Shown here in pieces: positions 57,463 to 64,000 of a stretch of 64,000 bases of DNA. A model generated the notes under the pieces. That model was not told the DNA's origin, did not search any database, and was given only the letters and a program-made list of their open reading frames with translations. The DNA is from Candidatus Poribacteria bacterium (GTDB taxonomy: Bacteria > Poribacteria > WGA-4E > WGA-3G). The DNA is taken from the NCBI GenBank assembly GCA_022824835.1, contig JAJDZB010000001.1, positions 23,318 to 87,317 on the forward strand, read 5' to 3'. The position numbers were made by a program, and so were the translations under genes. Each line of letters starts with the position of its first letter. Within the stretch, counting starts at the first letter, position 1.

Positions 57463-59679
57463 ATGAAACATCTTTGCTTTTTAGTGATTTCATGGCTATT
57501 GGTATCGCTTCTGTTATTAAACAGTTTCGGTCAGAACGAGACACAAATTGGATTGCCTGAAAACGCAATCAAACGCATCGGAAACGGAATAGTCAACCAT
57601 ATCGCATATTCTCCTGATGGAAAGCAAATTGCCCTGGCTGCGTCTATCGGTATCTGGCTTTACGATGCAGATACCTACAAACCACTATCACTTCTCACCG
57701 GACATACAGATTGGGTGCAGTCAGTAGAATACTCCGCTGATGGTAAGATTTTAGCAAGTGGTAGTCGTGACGGGACGATTAGGCTTTGGGACCCTCAGAC
57801 CACAAAAAACATCGCTGTGCTGACAGGACATCAGAATGGGGTGACACACATCGCCATATCAGGAGATAGCCGAAAGTTAGCAAGTGTTGGGGCTGACGAA
57901 AAATTTGTCCGTCTGTGGAATATCAACACACACAGACATATAACAAACCTCAAAGGGAAGTTTAACACTATCCATTCATTAGCGTATTCACCGGATAGTG
58001 ATGTAATTGCAGCCGGGGATTTTGACGGAACCGTCAAGCTTCTTTCTACAGAAAAGAGAAAACAGATCGCTTCTCTTGTTGGACACAGATTGGCTCCCAG
58101 CGACATAACGGAACCTGGATCTGTACTTACATTAGCATTTTCACCCGATGGTGAAACCCTCGCAAGTGGTAGTAGAGACACGACTATTCGGTTGTGGAAC
58201 ACGAAAACCACATACCATAAAGTGACACTTACGGGGCATAGTGGCTGGGTTACAACCGTTGTTTTTTCTTTAGATGGTAAAACAATCGCAAGTGGGGCAA
58301 CATACACCCATTGGAGTTCTGATTCTTCAATTCGGTTGTGGGATGCTAAAACAGGGAAACACTTACGGACAATAGAAACACCCGACCTTGTTCGTAGGTT
58401 AGCTTTTTCACCGGATAATGAAACATTAGCAAGTATTAACACAAATAACGCCATTCATATTTGGAACACCAACACAGGTGAATTGAAAATAGACTTTACA
58501 AAGCAACGCGTTAAATCTAAACCTATAAGCGTTTTCCCTGATGGTAAAAAGGAGATCTATGAGAATGATGATGAAACATACACATTGCTGGATGTGGAAA
58601 CTGGACATCAAAAACCTTTTTTGAGAGGTTTAAATCCTTCTCTATCACTTCTTTACTCTACTTTTTCACGATCTGTCCAAAAACAAAAGTTAGTGTTAAA
58701 GTACTCTCCAGACGGGAAAACGTTGGCAATTAAAGATAACAAAGCTGTGATGTTGTGGGATATTGAAACAGACTCCCACATAGCCACCCTCTCTGGGCAT
58801 TTAAAAACTATTTCATCTATTAAGTTTTCTCCCAATGGACAATTTCTTTCCACTGCTGCAGACAAAACAATTTACCTATGGGATACAAAAACTGGTAAAC
58901 AGAAAGCTGCTTACACCAGAGATGCCAGATATCAAAACTTCACACACGTTTTTTCACCTGATAGTGAATTACTTGCTACTCCTGCGAAAGATCCAAAAAT
59001 GGTTCAGTTATGGAATACGGATACGGGACATCCACAATTTTTACTGATGGGACATCCATGGGAAGTCTATTCGGTGCTATTCTCACCTGATGGAAATAAT
59101 ATCGTCAGTATTTCGTATAACAATGCTATTTTATGGGATGCAAAAACAGGAAGACGCAAAGCATCTTATATTAGTCCAGAAAGATTAAGTTTTTCACTTC
59201 GATTTACGCCAGATGGGAGTGCCTTGGTCGGTTATGCAAAAGCAATGTATGAGGATAAAGGTGATAATAGAATTTGGATTTGGAATACACAAACTGGACA
59301 ACAAAAGTTTATTCTCAAAAAACATAGAGGGAACATCACACGCACACTGTTTACATCGAATGGGAAAACACTTGTCAGTGGCAGTGCTGACGGGACAATG
59401 CGTTTCTGGGATTTGAAAACTGGAGAACTTATTACAACACTTAAGGAATATGACCCAGCTTCGCCAATAGCCTTCTCGCCAGACGGACAAACGTTTGCAA
59501 GCGGCGGAGAAAATGCCAAGATTCTTTTATGGGATCTAAGCACTGGAAAACTCAAGACAACTTTCACAGCATACAATCCTGTCCGGCGGATCAGTTTTGA
59601 GGAGGATGGAAGAACACTAATCACTTCAGGAACAGACGGTACAACGCTCTTATGGGATTTAAAGGAGATAGATAATTGA
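57463..59679 (+). CDS. Secreted WD40-repeat protein
   Basis: Signal peptide, GLPENAIKRIGNG, WD repeats, terminal DGTTLLWD. Confidence 0.92.
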   Translation: MKHLCFLVISWLLVSLLLLNSFGQNETQIGLPENAIKRIGNGIVNHIAYSPDGKQIALAASIGIWLYDADTYKPLSLLTGHTDWVQSVEYSADGKILASGSRDGTIRLWDPQTTKNIAVLTGHQNGVTHIAISGDSRKLASVGADEKFVRLWNINTHRHITNLKGKFNTIHSLAYSPDSDVIAAGDFDGTVKLLSTEKRKQIASLVGHRLAPSDITEPGSVLTLAFSPDGETLASGSRDTTIRLWNTKTTYHKVTLTGHSGWVTTVVFSLDGKTIASGATYTHWSSDSSIRLWDAKTGKHLRTIETPDLVRRLAFSPDNETLASINTNNAIHIWNTNTGELKIDFTKQRVKSKPISVFPDGKKEIYENDDETYTLLDVETGHQKPFLRGLNPSLSLLYSTFSRSVQKQKLVLKYSPDGKTLAIKDNKAVMLWDIETDSHIATLSGHLKTISSIKFSPNGQFLSTAADKTIYLWDTKTGKQKAAYTRDARYQNFTHVFSPDSELLATPAKDPKMVQLWNTDTGHPQFLLMGHPWEVYSVLFSPDGNNIVSISYNNAILWDAKTGRRKASYISPERLSFSLRFTPDGSALVGYAKAMYEDKGDNRIWIWNTQTGQQKFILKKHRGNITRTLFTSNGKTLVSGSADGTMRFWDLKTGELITTLKEYDPASPIAFSPDGQTFASGGENAKILLWDLSTGKLKTTFTAYNPVRRISFEEDGRTLITSGTDGTTLLWDLKEIDN

Positions 59680-59842
59680 TACGTATACTTTTATATTTTT
59701 CTGTTTTTCTTTCGTTCATGCAGGTGGAAAAAGGTTGAAAACTTGCTAAAAATTCATTATACTTATTGATAGGAATAGTTCCCATGAATATAGATATTAA
59801 ACTTCAGCAATGCACAGACTACACAGTCAAAGGCAGATCACA

Positions 59843-60469
59843 ATGAAACAACTTTACACTGTTGGATTTTCTCTAATAATATTTGGAATTTCAAGCTTAG
59901 CATATTCACAACAATTCCCAGAGAATATTCTAAAAAACGGTGATTTTGACCTTAATCTTAGTGAATGGCGGTTCTGGACCCACGAAAGCGCAAGTGCAGT
60001 CTTCCTGACTGAAGGCAGGAAAGCAGAACCTGTTGTGGGTGAAAATGCTGCTTATATCAGTATCACTAAAGAGGGCAACGCCGTAGGAAACATACAGTTT
60101 TATCAACAACCTTTTACTTTGGAAAAAGATACAACCTATACCTATAGTGTGTGGGCAAAGGCAGAAAACCCGAGAAAGACTACAATGCGAATTATGCATC
60201 AAGGGGCACCATGGACTGTCTACTCTTCACTGGTTATGAACGTAACTGAAATCTGGAGTGAATTTATTCTTACATTCACGATGCCTGTAGATGACGGAAA
60301 TTCTCGGGCAGGCATTATCATGGGAACCGACAAGACCGATGTTTGGCTTGACCATATCCGTCTATACGAAGGTGAACATGTTCAGGACGTTGAAGGCGTC
60401 GAACCGCATGCAGTTCAACCGGATGCTAAATTAGCAACGACGTGGTCAGCACTAAAGAGAAGATACTAA
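59843..60469 (+). CDS. Secreted CBM4/9-like carbohydrate-binding protein with KLATTW C-terminal motif
   Basis: Signal peptide, NILKNGDF, YTYSVWAKA, VWLDHIRLYEG, AVQPDAKLATTWSALK. Confidence 0.75.
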   Translation: MKQLYTVGFSLIIFGISSLAYSQQFPENILKNGDFDLNLSEWRFWTHESASAVFLTEGRKAEPVVGENAAYISITKEGNAVGNIQFYQQPFTLEKDTTYTYSVWAKAENPRKTTMRIMHQGAPWTVYSSLVMNVTEIWSEFILTFTMPVDDGNSRAGIIMGTDKTDVWLDHIRLYEGEHVQDVEGVEPHAVQPDAKLATTWSALKRRY

Positions 60470-60574
60470 ATCTATTAAACTTCTTGTGAGGAGCCAACTT
60501 CGCAGCTCCTGCAATTTCACGCTGCTTACCCTTGAGTTCGGAGATGCCACCCTTCCCTCCTTCCATCATTTTGA

Positions 60575-60604
60575 TTGACATTTCCCTTTATGATAGTGTA
60601 TCAT
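60575..60604 (+). promoter_or_regulatory. Sigma70-type promoter of gcvT
   Basis: TTGACA, 18 bp, TATCAT. Confidence 0.5.
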
Positions 60605-60652
60605 AGATATGAAATTCATACCAAAACCTAAACGAAAAACTGAAGACAACAG

Positions 60653-61723
60653 ATGAAAAGAACACCGCTTTATGATATTCACAAATCCCTAAACGCCAAG
60701 TTCACGGAATTCGGTGGGTGGGATATGCCGTTACAATATTCAAGTATAGTGAAGGAACATCTTGCAGTCCGTGAATCTGCAGGACTCTTTGACTTGTCGC
60801 ACATGGGAGAGATTGACGTTAAGGGGAATGGGGCAAAGGAATTAGTCCAGAAACTCACGACAAACGATGTCAACCGCCTATCTGATGGACAGGTGCAATA
60901 CACGCTTCTTTGTAATGAAAATGGCGGCATAGTGGATGACATCGTCATTTATAGACACGATGACAATGAGTTTACGCTGGTTGTGAATGCTGCTAACATT
61001 GAGAAAGACTTTACATGGATAAAAAAACACAATAGTCTTGGGGCAGATGTAATTGATGACAGTGAGAGTACAACCCTTATTGCGCTGCAAGGTCCAAAAT
61101 CTATAGATATACTAAATCCTTTCGTTTCCGATTTGGATGTAGCTGATATTTCGTTTTTTCGGTTTGTCGTTGATGAAGTTGCTGGAATACCCGCTGTAAT
61201 TTCACGAACCGGATATACAGGTGAGATCGGTTTTGAGTTATATGTTAAGGCAGATTGCGCGGAGGATTTGTGGAGATTACTCTATCCTGCTGTTATTGAT
61301 GCTGGGGGCTTACCGGCAGGGCTCGGTGCGCGCGACACTTTACGGCTTGAGGCAGGACTTAGACTTTACGCAATGGATATGGATGATGATACAACACCCT
61401 TTGAAGCAAGTTTAAGTAGATTTGTAAAGTTAGATCAAGGAGACTTCATCGGTAGGGACGCGCTACTTGTACAAAAAGAAAAGGGTGATTTAAGGAAAAA
61501 ATTGGTAGGATTTCAAATGTTGGATCGTGCTGTTGCACGGTGTGGAAATGATGTTTTTCAAAAAGGTGATCATATCGGCAAAGTGACCAGCGGGGCACCG
61601 TCACCGAGTCTGAAATGTAATATCGGTTTTGCTTCAATCTCCCCGATTGTAGGCAAGAGTATTGCAATTGAGATACGTGGTAAAAAACATCCTGCAACAA
61701 TCGTCAAAGTGCCTTTTATTTAG
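60653..61723 (+). CDS. gcvT: Glycine cleavage system aminomethyltransferase T
   Basis: KRTPLY, FGGWDMP, GLFDLSHMG, SRTGYTGE.GFE, GLGARDTLRLEAG. Confidence 0.96.
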   Translation: MKRTPLYDIHKSLNAKFTEFGGWDMPLQYSSIVKEHLAVRESAGLFDLSHMGEIDVKGNGAKELVQKLTTNDVNRLSDGQVQYTLLCNENGGIVDDIVIYRHDDNEFTLVVNAANIEKDFTWIKKHNSLGADVIDDSESTTLIALQGPKSIDILNPFVSDLDVADISFFRFVVDEVAGIPAVISRTGYTGEIGFELYVKADCAEDLWRLLYPAVIDAGGLPAGLGARDTLRLEAGLRLYAMDMDDDTTPFEASLSRFVKLDQGDFIGRDALLVQKEKGDLRKKLVGFQMLDRAVARCGNDVFQKGDHIGKVTSGAPSPSLKCNIGFASISPIVGKSIAIEIRGKKHPATIVKVPFI

Positions 61724-61742
61724 ACATGAACGCTTAAAAGTA

Positions 61743-61767
61743 GTAGGCACACTCCGTGTGCCGTAAC
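61743..61767. repeat. GTAG-type REP-like hairpin
   Basis: GTA-GGCACAC-TCC-GTGTGCC, 7-bp stem downstream of gcvT. Confidence 0.55.
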
Positions 61768-61783
61768 CCGTTGAGGTAATAAA

Positions 61784-64000
61784 ATGAGACACTATACAAG
61801 ATTCTTATTTTGTTTATTGATTTTAGGGTTATGTTTCTCGCTTTCTTATGCGCAGGAAACTGCCGAAAATACCGAAAAGTCAACAGAAACTGACTTAATA
61901 TCCGAAAAAGGAAAAACTTCTATAGTCCGTATCGGTGGAGGAGCTAGCGGGTTCTTCATAACGAAGGACAAGATTGCAACGAATTTTCACGTTGCTCTTC
62001 ACTTTAAGCGCGGACCCGTTTTCGCCAAAAGTTGGGACAAGAAAACAATTTGGCTTATAAAAGGTGTCACTGCCTTTGATATCAAACGCGATATCGCCAT
62101 CCTAACAGCTGCGAGTGAAGGCACGCCGCTGCCTTTAGGTAACAGTGACATGTTGCAGATCGGTGAGTCTGCTTTTATCGTGGGGTACCCTTATGGAGAG
62201 TACAAGGGCGCGGCGGGAGTTGTAAATGGTATCCGGCAGAACGATGGAGGGATTCAGACAACAATCGAAGCATACCCAGGAAACAGCGGAAGTCCCTTAC
62301 TAAACAGTAAAGGAGAAGTCATCGGAATCCATTATGGTCATGACCCCGGCAATAGTTCCGTAAACGCGATCAAGGCATTGCTCGCTGGTGCCACTTCAAC
62401 GGAGCCTTTCACGCAGTGGCGGAAACAAAAACGTGTCCAAGCACATCTGTACACCGAACAAGGCAAAGCGAAGTATCATGATGGAGATGCTAAAGGTGCA
62501 ATAGATGATTTCAACCAATCTATAGAACTGAACCCCGACAACGCAGATATTTATAAGTTTAGGGCAAAAGCGAAAGCAAGCCTTGGCAATCAGAATAGCG
62601 CAATAGAAGACTATAACCAAGCCATCAAACTAAATCCCGACGATGCAGAAATCTATAAGGATAGGGCAAAAGCGAAATCCGACTCTGGTGATCATACGGG
62701 TGCGGTTGAGGATTATAATCAGGCTATAAAAATTAATCCTGATGATGCTAACACCTACAAAAAACGCGGAGATGCTAAAGGCAAACTCGGAGATAACGCC
62801 GGTAAAATAGATGACTATTCACATGCTGTCCAACTCAAATCTGATGTTATCCAACTCGAACCTGACGATGCCAATTTGTATAAAGAGCTCGCGCGCATGA
62901 AAGTATCCATTGGGGATCATGCAGGTGCGATAGAAGATTTTACACAAGCGATAAAACTAAAACCTGATGATGTTAATACATACAACGAGCGCGGTTGGGC
63001 AAAGCGCGCTCTTGGTGATCATGCGGGTGCGATAGAAGATTTTACACACGCAATCAAACTAAAACCTAATGATGCCTACGGATACAATAATCGCGGTTGG
63101 GCAAAGCGCGCTCTTGGTGATCATGCGGGTGCGATAGAAGATTTTACACATGCAATCAAACTAAAACCTAATGATGCCTACGGATACAACAATCGTGCTG
63201 CTGCGAAGGAGGCACTTGACGACCATATCGGAGCAATAGAGGACTATACACAAGCGATAAAACAAAAATCTGACGATGCTAATGCATACAACAATCGCGG
63301 CTGGGCAAAGCATAGGCTTGATGATCACGCGGGTGCGATAGAAGATTTTACACAGGTCATAAAACTAAAACCTGACGATGCTCAGGCTTTCCAAAATAGA
63401 GCGGATGTAAAGGAAATTCTTGGTGACAATGCTGGCGCAATAGAAGACTATAATCAGGCAATAAAACTAAAACCTGATGATGCTTATGCTTACAAGAGAC
63501 GCGGGGATACAAAACAAAAACTTGGTGACTATACTGGGGCGATAGAAGACTATAATCAGGCAATAAAACTAAAACCTGAATTCACTTATTACATAATAAA
63601 CGCCCGCGGCCTGGTAAAGATTAAACTTGGAAACCACAATGAGGCGATAGGCGATTTTACACTCGCAATCAAAATGAAACCCGACGATTCCTATGCTTAT
63701 AGGAATCGTGGGAGTACAAAAGTTGACATGAGCGACTATACCGGCGCAATAGAGGATTATAATCAAGCTATAAAACTTAGTTCGGACGACCCTTTTGAAG
63801 CTCACTTCGCTTATAAAGGTCGTGGTAATGCAAAGCATAAACTCGGTGACTATGCAGGCGCGATTGAAGACTATAATCAGGCAATAAAACTAAAACCTGA
63901 ACAAGCTCCCATCTACATTGACCGTGGACTTACAAAGGTTGCTCTCAAGGACTATGATGGTGCAATTGCTGACTATGATAAAGCTATCGAACTTAACCCG
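61784..64000 (+). CDS. Secreted trypsin-like serine protease with a long TPR array (runs off window end)
   Basis: Not in the ORF track. Manual translation MRHYTRFLFCLLILGLCFSLSYAQ...; catalytic triad TNFHV, RDIAIL, PGNSGSP; then more than a dozen 34-aa GAIEDY/F.QAIKLKPDDA.AY..RG repeats. Confidence 0.9.
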   Translation, partial: MRHYTRFLFCLLILGLCFSLSYAQETAENTEKSTETDLISEKGKTSIVRIGGGASGFFITKDKIATNFHVALHFKRGPVFAKSWDKKTIWLIKGVTAFDIKRDIAILTAASEGTPLPLGNSDMLQIGESAFIVGYPYGEYKGAAGVVNGIRQNDGGIQTTIEAYPGNSGSPLLNSKGEVIGIHYGHDPGNSSVNAIKALLAGATSTEPFTQWRKQKRVQAHLYTEQGKAKYHDGDAKGAIDDFNQSIELNPDNADIYKFRAKAKASLGNQNSAIEDYNQAIKLNPDDAEIYKDRAKAKSDSGDHTGAVEDYNQAIKINPDDANTYKKRGDAKGKLGDNAGKIDDYSHAVQLKSDVIQLEPDDANLYKELARMKVSIGDHAGAIEDFTQAIKLKPDDVNTYNERGWAKRALGDHAGAIEDFTHAIKLKPNDAYGYNNRGWAKRALGDHAGAIEDFTHAIKLKPNDAYGYNNRAAAKEALDDHIGAIEDYTQAIKQKSDDANAYNNRGWAKHRLDDHAGAIEDFTQVIKLKPDDAQAFQNRADVKEILGDNAGAIEDYNQAIKLKPDDAYAYKRRGDTKQKLGDYTGAIEDYNQAIKLKPEFTYYIINARGLVKIKLGNHNEAIGDFTLAIKMKPDDSYAYRNRGSTKVDMSDYTGAIEDYNQAIKLSSDDPFEAHFAYKGRGNAKHKLGDYAGAIEDYNQAIKLKPEQAPIYIDRGLTKVALKDYDGAIADYDKAIELNP

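Noticed and set aside
60470-60652. Glycine riboswitch upstream of gcvT
   Set aside because: The conserved GGAGA...CCGAAG...CTCTCAGG elements are missing and the predicted promoter leaves only a short leader.

Overview
A 64-kb bacterial window (genetic code 11). Signal-peptide WD40 and TPR proteins, dockerin-like and FlgD-like tails, a PhyH dioxygenase and KL[AT]TxWxxLK C-termini suggest Candidatus Poribacteria or a relative; this is inference, not a database result. The backbone is housekeeping and envelope genes: aroK/aroB, a flotillin operon, adenylate kinase, a xylose isomerase-like enzyme, an Omp85 fusion, a YgfZ-like protein, TatT/DctP, a yitJ-like methyltransferase, a TonB receptor, rpsO-pnp and gcvT. 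Two accessory elements stand out. (1) A minus-strand defence island (21030-31834) carries a catalytically inactive short prokaryotic Argonaute and a type III restriction-modification pair. The Argonaute partner is a three-part protein: SIR2 NADase, HATPase_c_4 (GHKL-like, 'RecG C-terminal') and APAZ. This is the best candidate for an uncharacterised system. (2) A non-autonomous IS200/IS605-type OMEGA element (about 41932-43201) encodes an intact IsrB and its omegaRNA, and a candidate guide, TAM and empty site can be reconstructed. Also notable are a PHM/DBH-type copper monooxygenase fused to a CX4CH cytochrome c module, a DUF4097-CBM9-POTRA-Omp85 fusion, an HxG-motif PhyH enzyme, several REP/MITE-like repeats and several disrupted genes. 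No rRNA, tRNA or CRISPR array was seen. Domain names come from motif recognition by eye, not from searches.
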